Part shown: positions 50,001 to 62,920 of the stretch, one piece after another
How the letters are laid out: each line of letters opens with the position of its first letter
Numbering within the stretch: position 1 is the first letter of the stretch
NCBI RefSeq assembly: GCF_001194135.2
Contig: NC_068997.1
Coordinates: 10,775,301-10,838,869, forward strand
Origin: Octopus bimaculoides
Taxonomy: Eukaryota
DNA length: 63,569 nucleotides
Direction of reading: 5' to 3'
Translations under genes and position numbers: made by a program
The notes under the pieces: model-generated
Told to the model about the DNA's origin: nothing
The model's input: only the letters and a program-made list of their open reading frames with translations
The model's database searches: none

Positions 50001-51342
50001 AATCACACTGCTATACTTAGCTTATGGGTCGACTGACTACGGACAGTCTTTTAAAAACTGTACAAATAATCTGCACATTTCAGTTATGATTAAAAACGGA
50101 ACCAAGCAAACAAAAATAGCTTATCTTTTACTAAGATTTCTGTCAACAATAGCGTAAATATGAATTACATATTTCTGTTAATGCGTGGGATTTTATTTCT
50201 GCTAACATGTAGTAACAATTGTTCGATGCCCGGAACATGACTTATTGTGTTAGCGTTAAGTCGATTCTGATAAGATTGTTACCAAGAATATAGGGGTGTG
50301 GATTTAAACTAAATACCTTGAGCAATTTTATGCTTAACTCTGTCTTCCTTTAATTACCTAATAAAAAAAAAGAGATTTTCTGATGTATATGTATTTCCCT
50401 TCTAAACGTATGCACATACTTAAAATATGATCACTGTACGCACTACAAAAAATGAAATGAAGTAAGAAAAATAACAAATCTTAACCTCTTGTACTACGAT
50501 GCTTGTCGCCAATTATATAAGTATGAATAATATGTTTTCCACAATATGACGGTTTTTATCTCTATAATATAAAGAAAGAAAATGTATTCTTACATGTTAT
50601 TCAATTCTATTATGCTCTAAACGAGTCAAAATGATAAATATCAGGCAAGCAGAACACTATGTATTGATAGCATATTATGCGGTTGTCAGTCGATTATTAA
50701 AGTTATATTTGTTTCACAAACGATAAAGATGCCATGCGTAATATATATTACTGACAGATTTGTTATTTGTTAAACTCAACAGACACGAAAAAAGAAAAGA
50801 AAAAAGATTACTTATTCTGCAAATATGAGAGCCAATATCAGGTTAAGAGGCAAAAAAAGTTATTGAGAAGAAATTTTATACAACTGTGTTATTTCATGCT
50901 GTTAAATAACAATCAGATAAATGTTCACTGAAGCAGTATGCTTCTGCAGAATATAAAAAAATCTACTCTTAAATTTACCTTAAAAAAAGCAGAATGATTT
51001 CCATATAAACAAAAGCAAGAAAAGCCAAGTCTATAAAATATTCTGATGCATTGTATTCATTGATATTAACGGTTTATTGTCTGGTATATAATAGAACAAT
51101 AGAGATTTCTGCAGAGTAGAGGTAAGCAATATGGCGTGTAGATTCTAAATGCTAGGTTTGATTCTTGACTGTAAGCAATCCAGTTCACTTCTACTGCGAA
51201 CACGCTTGAGGTAGATTTAAAAAGATACCACACGCTCTTTCCCCAAACCTCAAATTTTAATATACTGATTCTGTTTAAGAAATGAATACTGCTCCACAAT
51301 TAATCGGTGAGAGGCAGGTAAACTTTACTCTAGTACGCAATA

Positions 51343-51990
51343 TATTGGGTTCGCAACTAAGTTCCTGCCGTTCTTTTTTTTAATTTTGGAATTTATTGCG
51401 TTTTTAAAATTTGGAATCTGTTTTTTTCGAGAATTCTAATTTTTAATCATTTTGGAATCTACTTTGTTTTTCGTCTAGTTAATTTTAGTTAATTTTTGTT
51501 TATTAAAATGAAATGTCAAGTTAAGAGAAACAAGCATTTTCGACACCTCCTTCTTTTTGCTTTTAATCAAGGTTCTAAGGCCGCAAAAGCTCATCGCGTC
51601 ATTTGTGCTGTGTATGGAGAGGGTGCCATAGTTGAAAGAACTGCTAGCGATTGGTATGCAAAGATAAAAAATGGAAACTTTGACCTTAAAGACGCACCTC
51701 GTTCTGGCCGTCCAATTGAGTTTGATGAAGAGCGATTAAACCAACTTTTGCACGAAAATTCTCGTCAAACAAGGGAACTGACAGAGAAAATGGAATGTTC
51801 CCGCACTGTTATAGAGAAGCATCTTCACTCGATGGGAAAGGTTCAGGTGTATGGGTTCCGCATGCTTTAAGTGACAACAACAAAATTCAACGAGCTGCAA
51901 TCTCCGCTGATTTGCTTGCTCGTTTCCGCTCAACTCATGGACACAAGCAACGATTTCTCTACCGAATAGTTACTGGTGATGATAAATGAC
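51343..51990 (+). mobile_element. Mariner transposon 5' half: left TIR plus transposase N-terminus, truncated at the first catalytic D
   Basis: TA + 'tattgggttcgcaactaagttc'; ATG at 51508 gives MKCQVKRNKHFRHLLLFAF...FDLKDAPRSGRP...; frameshift near 51848; then WVPHAL and FLYRIVTGDDK*; ends in (CA)n. Confidence 0.92.
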
Positions 51991-51994
51991 GCGC

Positions 51995-52023
51995 AAATAC
52001 ACACACACACACACACACGCACA

Positions 52024-52097
<74 letters not shown>

Positions 52098-52105
52098 CAC
52101 AAACA
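51995..52105. repeat. (CA)n with CG interruptions
   Basis: Directly visible. Confidence 0.95.
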
Positions 52106-53361
52106 TACAGAAGCAAAGTGTCAGGCCGGAAGAGATGAACTCCGTAGCGAAGTGGGAAAGATAGACATTGAAAAGTTTGCAAATGACGGCAAAAAAAATT
52201 TGAAGGAAAACCCCAAACCCCAAAATAACGATGGAGTGTTTCACAAGTTAAACAAACGATAGATTAGTTATTTAGATATAGATTTATCGAATTAAAAGTA
52301 GTATCATTGAACCAGTGCATGTGTGGTTATTAATGACGAATGTCTCTCCCAAGACACAACAAAATTAGTTTCATCACAGGAATTGACATAAAAGAATCTT
52401 GCAAACCAAATACAAAAAGTAGAATAAGAATAATAATCTTATGGAACAAATGACATCAATTTTATCTACTTTAATAACATAATACTCCAACTAGATTCCG
52501 AATTGTAATATTTCAAATTCTAATCTTTTGTTTTAGATATTCATTTCAAATTTAAGCTTAAATTACTGTCTCAAATGAAGCAAAATTTATTCATGTACAA
52601 CTCATTTTTACAACGTCGTATTTAAAGTGTTACTTACAATCTTAATCAAACTGTTACTTTGTCTCAGTGAATCTCATCTAATTAACCTCAATCATAAAAA
52701 AAAAATGTTCTATCTTTTCTCCTTGGAGAAAAACTATGGGATGCCTTCATGACGCCGTTCTTCTTGTTATCATTAAACCTGAATATATTCAAACTGAACA
52801 CCTGCAGCAATCTCACAAATCTTCTTTGAAAGTTCAAGTCTACTGCACTTTAACTCCTACGAAAGAACTACGCGATCGTATATAAAATCTTTATTTATGC
52901 ATCTTTATATATATAGACTTATTTGTAAATATTATGCGAAAATTATGCACTTATAATCTATTAAGAAATTAATCCAAAAGACTTAGAAATCTATTTCGTA
53001 AATTAATATTTTCTTACTTCAAATAACTACTTGTAGGATTATGAATATTCTGTTCGATGTAAAGAATTGTCAGGAGTACAAATAACTGAAATATTACCAG
53101 TCATATACATAGGAGATACTGAATTGACTTATGTCATTGAAAAGGAAACGGAAACGTAGAAAGTAGAGTGCTTCAAAATATCGCTTTTATATTTGTTACT
53201 GGTCTCATATGAATGAAGTTACAAATTTATTCTAATATATAAACTAATCATTACGTCTTGAGTATATTTGCTTGCATAGCAGAATACAATATTAGGCACT
53301 GTCACGGGATATAGACAGGCGTATACCAAAATGCATATCAATCTATGCACCATATTATGAG

Positions 53362-53401
<40 letters not shown>

Positions 53402-53758
53402 CTTCTGTAACACATTACGTATACATATAACGCGTCTGGCAAACCAAAAGGCGGAAAGTTCGCGAACAGTTACAGTCATACATATTTCCGCCCTGTCAAT
53501 TTGGAACGATTTTAGCCTGACAATACTCACTGCTTAGCTTTTGCTAACTGATAAAATCTGCATTAATCGAAGTGTTTGTTACTAAGGCATAGTAAGGGAA
53601 GTAAACGTTGCATACACAACCAGTTTTATGGCTTCTAATTTTCGTGGAAGGATACCAATAAAGTATTCTGAAAGGCCAGGCTTGTATGCTTGTTTCTGGT
53701 ATTCTACCACTCTCAATAATATTGGTGGTTTTAGACTTGACGCACGATCCGGTAAAAC

Positions 53759-53760
<2 letters not shown>

Positions 53761-53837
<77 letters not shown>
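53761..53837. repeat. Pure (GA)n, about 38 units
   Basis: Directly visible. Confidence 0.97.
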
Positions 53838-53839
<2 letters not shown>

Positions 53840-54667
53840 GTACTCGATTGAATGACACCAATAATTGACTGATACTTATTTTAGAATTCTTGAAATCATA
53901 TAAATGCAAAGATAATCCTGATGAGATTCAAACCCACAATGGCATTAAATATGCTATTCATATAATTAGAAGAGAAAATATAATTTTGAATGTTGGATCA
54001 TATTCTGTCTTAGATTGTATATACACACAATTCTTACATGAATTCATAATTAAATCCGATGTATATAAATGAATCATATATAATTAAATGCTTATTAAAA
54101 TGGCTTCACTTTCAATTTCTAAATGGAAATTCTATTTGTGGAGAATATATTATGTATCATAATTCAAAAGAACTGAAATGTAAGAAAATTATGGATATTT
54201 ACGGAGTATATCGAACGTCTAGTAGATTATCATTAACGAATAGATCTCACGTAATTGTTATTCTAATTAATTGAATCCAAAAAAAGTCTTTAATGCTAAA
54301 TGAATGATTTCTGATACAAGAGTCTTTCAAATTTCGTATGAATTTATAAATACCTGTATTCTTTTGTAACAAATCATTGATGGCTGCCTCTTTCTGATTA
54401 CGTGTGCGTTTTAAGTTCACTTTAAAGTTTATATGTTGCATGCATATCTTTCACTTCCATTTGCTTGACGAAAATACATTAAGGTAAAAGTTTAGATGAC
54501 TCCAAAGAAACAAAATAATACTTCTATTTTTCCAGAAGGCAATATTTGTGCTTATTACCATTGCAGGCTCTCCGGGTCTCAGGTCTCAGACAGGCTAAGA
54601 CGACCCCCGTAGTGAGGTGGGAGGTATAGTCACTGAAAAGGTTACGTCGTATATGTTCCTCTTTCAG

Positions 54668-54754
54668 TGTTTCAAGTTGATGGTTGTTCAAAACATGGAA
54701 TATGTGAAATTTGTGTGACGTACAGACTCTTGGGAAGAAGGACTGGGCGTAGTG
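54668..54754 (+). other. Exon-like cassette, 87 nt, phase 1-1: xFQVDGCSKHGICEICVTYRLLGRRTGRS
   Basis: Acceptor 'gttcctctttcag|' and donor 'G|gtaagt'; only one frame open; lies in a GC-richer island. Confidence 0.3.
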
Positions 54755-55830
54755 GTAAGTGAGGGTGGAGTGGAGACAGCTTATGTGTAACGACGTGCAG
54801 ATGGCATGACTGAAGAATAAATACTTCTGGGAGTTTGTATATACCCAGTCAAAATCCAGGAGATGACTTTTGCTAGAAATGGAAGAGTGTAAGGACAGCA
54901 ATACATCTTCGGGCAAGAGCGGAGGAAAATAATAATTCACGCGATGAAAGGACAGTAGAAATACCACTTGATCATGCAGGTATAAACAATATCATAAAAT
55001 GCAACGAAATAGGTATAGATGTCATTTTTCTTTTAACACTGATTTATGGAAATAAAATAGATTATTTTAAACCTAATTGATGACACTTCGATCTTGTGCT
55101 TCGCTTGGTTTGAAGAAGAGTAGAAATTGAATAGTAAAAAAGACGAGATGGAGAGTAAGAGGGAGATAAGCAGAATCTGTGCCCATATTCAAATTTACTT
55201 AAAAGATTGCATATCCACTTAATGTCATTATCTCTGATTAATGCATTGCATAGCTATGTTATGAATCCTGCTATCGGCAATGTTTAGTGTGGACCTGAAC
55301 AAATTCATAAGGCTTTATCATTCGATTAGCTTATCTTGAGAAAGTTGGTTGAAATAAAAATTGTTGCAATTGTATTTCGCTAAATGATATAGTCAAAAGA
55401 GAGAAGGTGATTAAGTTACATTGGATAGATAAGAATTATTGTTTTTCATAATGTTTTTGCCTTCTTTCCTTCACATGATTTGAATTTTGTAAATTTAAAT
55501 TCTCATCATTTGTGCAAAAGAAATAGGCATCATGTCACTGGGTCTGCTACAGATCGCAGCCGCCCAATCGCTTTAAAAATAGGTGAGGCCAACACATTGG
55601 ATAATGCACGTCTGTAGATATTTACTATATTTGTATATATAAGGAAACACCGGCGATCATTGGTCAGCTCGAACAGGGCGTGTCTTGGTTGTAGAAGAAT
55701 AATAAAAACGACTACAAAAGCAGTATTTGCGTGAATAAATTTATTGATTACATTTTAAATAATTATCCAACTATAAAATTTCGAACTGTATCAGGATTAC
55801 CGTGGCTGTTCGATAATTTATATCAAAAGG

Positions 55831-56046
55831 TAAGGCGGCGAGCTGGCAGAATCGCTAGCATGCCAGGCAAAACGCTTAGCAGATTTTCGTCCCATTTTAC
55901 GTTCTGAATTAAAAATCCACTGAGGTCGGATTTGTCTGTCATCGTTTCGGGGTCAATAACATAAGTGTCAGAACACTGGGATCGATATAATTAACTCAGG
56001 CCCTTCCACCAAAACCTGCTGGCTTTGTACCAAGTTTTGAAACCAA
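55831..56046 (+). mobile_element. SINE family A, near full length
   Basis: 'taaggcggcgagctggcagaatcgctagcatgccaggc...tttcggggtcaat...gtaccaagttttgaaaccaat'. Confidence 0.88.
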
Positions 56047-56812
56047 TTTATAGACACGGGTTTAGAAAGTATTTCTGAAGTTTATGTCAAGCTTAGTAGT
56101 ACAATTCTTACAGCTAATTTACTATATTCACAGAAATTTCTATGCGACAAAATTGCTAAAAAAATCAACCGTCTGCTTGGTAGTTCAACTTGCTCAAAAT
56201 AACAACAGAATATCCCTCAAATCCCTTTCCGCAATGGAGTCCATGATAGATTAAATGTACATGATTGTCAGAATGAATTGTCTGTTATAATGAGTTTACT
56301 GAAACATGTTTGACAACTGAAGAAATTGCATAGGTTTACCAAAATATGGTTTTTAATATGATGAAAAGTATAAATTACAAAACACATTTCATATCCATTT
56401 GTATTCGTGAAAGGTGTGGCATTATTACTGCAGTTTTTGCTATTGCTAAGCCTAATATTAGCACCGGTTTATCATATCTCTGGCGAAAGCAAGCCATATT
56501 ACGCATCATATCGTATTTCCTTCACAACTAGATTATCTAAGGTCCTTCTATTTCAAGAGTTTGGGATTTATTCTACGTGAAATTTGGCAATTATTTTCTT
56601 TTAAATCTTGTAGGATCATTGTAGAGTTAGAATATATGAGGATAGGAGACTGTATATTTGCATATTTGAATTATGGCCAATGTGAGGTGTAGGATAGAAA
56701 ACCTAGATATAGAAAACCAAGTAAGAAAAATTCCGTATCAGTGATCTGGGAAACGATTACCGATTGAGGGTACGAAACAGTAGACAGTATGTATTTACGC
56801 GTGTGTGTGTAT

Positions 56813-56859
<47 letters not shown>

Positions 56860-57647
56860 GGAGAGGGGATATGTGAAGAGAAAGTGGGTGTGTGAAGAGA
56901 GAGAGCTGAAACGACTTACATTTTAGAAACATTTTAAACTATAATGAAAGGATCAACTTAGAACGTTAAAACTAAGAACAAAATAAGCAATGAATATATT
57001 TGAAATATCAGTTCCCAAATCATCATTAATACATCGTACAAGATGAAAGTCAAATTAAAGGAAACATTAATGTTAGTCATTTACTTAATATATATTATTT
57101 TGTGAAAAACAGCGTCGTTAGTCACAAATATCCAATAATTCAGTCACTAATTTGCTAAATCTCTGGCTGCGATAACAACAAAAGATTGACTGTAAATTAT
57201 TTGAGAACAAAGAATACCTATTCTAACATTCATTTATATTCATTCATACCTTCATACATATATATTTTATGTGTTTGAAAACATAAAAGTGTATATATGG
57301 ATATATATATATATATATATATATATANNNNNNNNNNNNNNNNNNNNNNNNNNNNNNNNNNNNNNNNNNNNNNNNNNNNNNNNNNNNNNNNNNNNNNNNN
57401 NNNNNNNNNNNNNNNNNNNNNNNNNNNNNNNNNNNNNNNNNNNNNNNNNNNNNNNNNNNNNNNNNNNNNNNNNNNNNNNNNNNNNNNNNNNNNNNNNNNN
57501 NNNNNNNNNNNNATATATATATATATATATATAACTACATGAAAGCAATTCCTGTCCACTTTACAATTTGACAGATTAAATTTAGAGATCCTTGATTGTT
57601 AATTAGGTACGTTCATTTGATCGTGTTACCTTTAAATTTTGGCACAA

Positions 57648-57847
57648 AAAATATTGTTACATTACGTTAATGTACGGACATAGCGAGGACTATAGAAAAA
57701 CTTCTTAGTCTAATCACGTGATCAACCTCTGCCAATTATATTGTGTACTAAAAATATTGTCACAATGTACGGACATAGCGGGTACCATAGAAAAATGTCT
57801 TAGTCTAATCACGTGATGAACCTCTAGCAATCATATTGTGTACTAAA
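57648..57847. repeat. 95-bp imperfect tandem duplication
   Basis: 'aatgtacggacatagcg...tcttagtctaatcacgtgat.aacctct..caat.atattgtgtactaaa' at 57669 and 57764. Confidence 0.9.
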
Positions 57848-58220
57848 CAGGTACCAATTTGAGACATGTTCTCTCCATAAAAGCAATAGAATTTTCGAAC
57901 TACAGTCAGAATCAAGTTGGTTACGGTATATTCCCACGTCTTTCTAACTCGCTAACTTTTGAAAATCATAAAAATGTGTGAAACCAGTTAAGCCTTTACA
58001 AAACCATCTAAAAGACTACCACTGCACATTCAGCTTTTTACACGCAGACACACACATAAACACAGACTAACACATATGTATTATCGCTACGGTTGAGTTT
58101 AGACCTCCGCGTAGATGATTATCATTCATTCTGCTTCCAGTGCAGTGGTTTGGTTACTACTATACATGCATGCAGAGAAGAAATGATGTAAAGTTGTTTT
58201 TAATCATGTTTTCTCCTATA

Positions 58221-58407
58221 CAGTAATCCCTTCCCATATCGCGGTTCACCTATCGCGGTTTATTATTTAACTTACGTCGATTCCTCGGTGGTGTTGTTTT
58301 GCCATTGTAAAAATTAAAAAAAATACAATACTGTTTCTACATCGCAGATTTTCACCTATCGCGTGGGGCTTTGGCACGTAACACCCGCGATAGTCGAGGG
58401 ATTACTG
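58221..58407. mobile_element. Complete 187-bp MITE with CAGT...ACTG TIRs and TA TSD (Tigger/pogo-like)
   Basis: TA|CAGTAATCCCTtcccaTATCGCGG ... CCGCGATAgtcgAGGGATTACTG|TA. Confidence 0.9.
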
Positions 58408-59199
58408 TATACATATATAGGTTGGTATATACATGCACATAACTAAATGTAACTGGAGTGTCTATATTCTAGACACGTTTTTTCTGAATATGCCATGTCA
58501 AAAAAAACAGAAAAAAATCTGAGAAATATTTTGTTCGCCTTCAGAATATCTTAGTGTTATATTGATGGCGATGAATATACCTATAACTTCGAACGGGCAT
58601 GAAACTTTACTTCCGACGTTTTTATTTTGTTGAAGTTACTGGTATTTTACTTTATAAAGGATGAATGTTTAACCTCTGTGGTATTTGACTTCAAATCACA
58701 GAAAGAAATACAAAATAATTGAAAGCACACTGACTGATACCGTTACGAATCTGTTTATTTGCCACATCTAAATTATGGAAAATACTCCAATTAAAATACG
58801 AAAGTTGTAACGTATTCTTTTCGTATATCAACTGCTTCCCATAACATTGATGGGTGCTTAAACATATTTAACTTTTCTAAAAGCTAACAATGATTTCGGA
58901 AATACATAAACCTCAGAATATTACCATTATCGCCTCAAACATTTACTTAGCCACTACTATCAAAACAATGTAGTATACGAAATAATTTTAATATATTTTA
59001 CAACTTGCACTTTTATCGCAGACTTCATGCAAATAAGATCAATAAACAATATGTTTCCGAAAGATAGTAATATTAAGAGTTGAATCATTTTTCAATAAAC
59101 TTATCGAAGTATATGCATAGATATTATTATAGTACTCGTATAAATGTTAGGTTTTAGAAGCATTTCGTGCCAACTTTTATCGTGATATAAGATGTATAT

Positions 59200-59249
<50 letters not shown>

Positions 59250-60389
59250 ACATACACACAACACACACACACGCATATATATGTACAGTCATAAATACGA
59301 ATACAATAATAAAATATACATTTTGTGTAATATTAGATTCAATAGCATAGTTCTTACTGGAAATATTTAAATAAACCAAACATGACTTTAAATGTAATAA
59401 AATATATATGTATTTATCTAGTGCTTATATTCATGTGAATATTTGAAAATATTTCTTCTAAATGAATGAAATATATTGTGAACATTACGTTAAAATGTAT
59501 ATCAGTGAAACAACGATAGCACACACACACATACACACACATTATATAACTACTCAGTGATAAACAGATTAAAGAAATCTAAATATGAAAAGGCGTTTAA
59601 AGATCTATTATTAAAAGAATATATGGAAGAAAGAAATTTATAGATCGACGGTGTTTTTTTAAAAAAAAAACAATGTTATTTGAGACTAATTAACGTACTG
59701 TTCCATAATATAGGTTCCGATTGCTGTATTTCATTACATACAAATAGAAATTTGAAATTAAAAACCATCAATCATATATTAGGTATTAAAATATTTAATT
59801 CAAAAAGTAATAGGCAATTTCTTTAAATAAAGTAATAAAAAAAATATACCCAATTTAATACGGGAGCGATATTGGATTATGTTCCTGGTATAGATATATA
59901 ANNNNNNNNNNAAAAAAAAAAAAAAAAAAGAAATAATGAAATAATGGATGGTTTTCTCATTCTGAGCACGTATTCCAATTTCACTTCCGTTTTTCAAAAG
60001 CTGATTCGATTTTTTGAAGTATATCTTTCAAATTACATCAAAACTTAAAATTCCATTTTCAAAGAAAACAATGTGGTAATAAATCGATGCTATTCTGATG
60101 TATGCTTGTATCGAAAAATAAGTGATTAGAATTAATCTATTTATCATAGTGGCAATAATCAAAAGAATCGCGAAGCCGTATAACCATTTAACCATCAATC
60201 AATATGCTGCAGTAATATTAAAGTCGACATACATTTTGTAGGCTGCGAAATAATTTAAATTACATTTAATTTAATTTTGCTATTTTCTTTTTGCAAAGCA
60301 CTGAGTGGATTGAAGTTTCGATTGTAGATAGCTAATATCGAATTTCTTCTACGTCACATACACTCTTGAGATATTCATTAACGTTACAC

Positions 60390-60535
60390 AATATTCAAAT
60401 TCCGCCGAGATCGATTTTGCCTTTTATCTTTTCGGAGTCGATAAAGTAGGTAACAGTTGTGTACTGGGGTCGATCTAATCGACTGACCTACTCCCCCAAA
60501 ATCTCGGGCCTTGTGCCTAGAGTAGAAAAGATTAA
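60390..60535 (+). mobile_element. SINE family A, 5'-truncated
   Basis: 'ttcaaattccgccgagatcgattttgcc...tactggggtcgatctaatcgactgacc...tgtgcctagagtagaaaagatt'. Confidence 0.85.
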
Positions 60536-60541
60536 CATTAC

Positions 60542-60768
60542 CCAATGTCGTTTTCCGTGAGAAGGAACAGCCCTGTAGGAATATATAAACGGCATATTTG
60601 GCAGGTTGGAAAAACTGGAAGTCGCTAACCGAAACTCTGCAGCCAGGTGACATGAGTGTGAAGGTCGTGAGTTTGCATGCGAATGGCAACTTTTCAAAAT
60701 TCTGCTCAGATGACTGCCAAACAAACCTCTTAAGGAATTTCGAATAATTGCTCAAATCCGGGTACCAC
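60542..60768 (-). CDS. Candidate exon, 227 nt: WYPDLSNYSKFLKRFVWQSSEQNFEKLPFACKLTTFTLMSPGCRVSVSDFQFFQPAKYAVYIFLQGCSFSRKTTL
   Basis: Acceptor 'taatttgcag|G', donor 'TTG G|gtaatg'; 75 open codons inside ORF 60384..60812. Confidence 0.3.
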
Positions 60769-62714
60769 CTGCAAATTAATGCATCATAAGAATGTAAATT
60801 GACCGAAAACATGATTTGTGCTTTATTTTATTTCCCTCGGAAGAATTACTCGTGAAATTAAACCTCGGGACGATATGAACGTAAAAGTAAGGAACTGTTT
60901 TTTCAATACTGCTCGACGTCTGCTTCACTATCTAATAATTCTGAAAAAATAATATCATTAAAACAATGAAAAAACAAAAACAACTCTCATCTAATGGAAG
61001 AGTTGAACTCTAAATCCTTGCATCTAAATTGTGTATTGTAATACAGTTATTCTACAAAAAATGGCTTTATGAATTAATTTAGCGTCATAGTCCCGAGATG
61101 CTAAAATATATATCTGGTCAGTGAAAGAATTTTGAAACATTAAAAAAATTTTCTTAAACTATTTAGTGTATATTATCAGGTAGTCTCCAGTGTGCATGTC
61201 ATACTACCTCTGCAACTCTATTCCACATATCAAATAATTGAATAATAAAGACTCCATGCAGTAGCAATATAAATTAAGTTAGAAACGAACCTTCTTCGAA
61301 AGGACAAAATATTTATTTAACCAAATAGTTTTTATAGTGTTTGCTTCAGATTTAAAATACAGAAAATATTTTCATCAGTTAGAAATAGTTTAGCAATATT
61401 TTTAATATCTAATAGGGTTTCGTACGAGGAAGACGATCTCTTAATCTTATACTTAAACTTTTTGTCTATCGTTATAAGATTCACAGATAGATTGATAGAT
61501 TGATAGAGTTGGCTCAGTTACATGGAGACGAGGCTTTGAATTCAATTTGTGGATTGGCTACATCAATCGTTTGGAGTCGTAAATATAAATCATATGAAAA
61601 TACAAACGGCCATGACCGAAGACATGCGTGTTTAATAAGTAAGGCGACTCTTTGTTGTCGAAATTCCTAAAAGAATATTGCATTAAAGATATTGCATTTC
61701 CGATACGCTACCAACAGAAAGATAATTGACTTGCGATGTTATCGGTGCTTTTATTAATACCAATTCGTTTGACGATTAGATATATAAAACGTCGTTCATT
61801 ATAACTGAGAAAAAAAGACAAAAAGTAAATACACGCAGAAATACATGATCAAATGTTCTGATTGTCAAAGAGTAAAAAGAAGAAATAGGATATTGTGCAT
61901 TGCAAGACAGCATGGTTACTGTTGCATAATATAACATTTTGTGCAAAATGACGTCGCTACCTAAAGGACACAAATCTGCAATGAATACATCAGTTTTCTG
62001 ATATCACTGTATTATAGTATGAGTCGTTTTAATCTTAATAAAATCCATTGTTCAGTTTCTTTGTATTGTAGCCTCTAGCCATTTCTTATTGTACTTCCCA
62101 GCACCTTATCCTTACACTATCCACCACCATTATCTCTCCGTGTCGACGTTTGCCACGGCAATAATGAATAAGAGCATCAATCTCTGAAAGTAACTTCTGT
62201 AGGCGTCATGTTTATGACTATATATATATAAAGAAATATTCTCATAACTGCATAGCAGTCACGTGGATAATTCGGATAATTATCAGGAAATATGTCTGTG
62301 CTTGTGAGTTCGAATATGCTTTATTCTTATCGATGTGATTCTTGTTAAGTTACATAGTTCTACACAGTATTAATTCAACATCTACTATAAGATAGATAGG
62401 GCCCTGAAGCTACTTCCTAGATAGTTACTACCGGCTGATTGAGGTCTATATTTGTCATAAATGGACCTTGACCAGTTTTATAAATTTTTAGTAGAGTCTA
62501 TAAAAGAGTTCATAGATGGGAGATCTTTGTTGCTGTTAGAAGTAAGTAATCTAAACTTTTGGAAGTTTTTCCGCTCGTGATAATGGAGGTTTTCTATAAT
62601 TTAACCTCATGGGGTAATTAATAAACAATATCAATGATACCCATTTCTAGAATTAGATATCCAGAAGCCATATAACCATTTAACCAACAATCAATATACT
62701 GCAGTAATTATGCC

Positions 62715-62880
62715 AAAGGATACAATATTTATTGCAGTCTTTTCGCCTTTGTATGTTATTTAGTATGTCAGCAGAGTGAACTGGGGCAACGTGAGATGAA
62801 GTGTCTTGCTAAGGATCACAGTGAAACCACAATCCTAAGATCAAGAGATCATCGTACTAAACACTACGCCACCCGCCTCC
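62715..62880 (-). mobile_element. Degraded tRNA-derived SINE with 'ccttagcaagacacttcatctcacgttg' central domain
   Basis: Reverse head 'gtggaggcgggtggcgtagtgtttag...' and a central domain like that of the 25940 copy. Confidence 0.65.
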
Positions 62881-62884
62881 ACAT

Positions 62885-62920
<36 letters not shown>

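Noticed and set aside
52207-52226. aaaaccccaaaccccaaaa, telomere-like
   Set aside because: Only two imperfect units and not the metazoan TTAGGG repeat.
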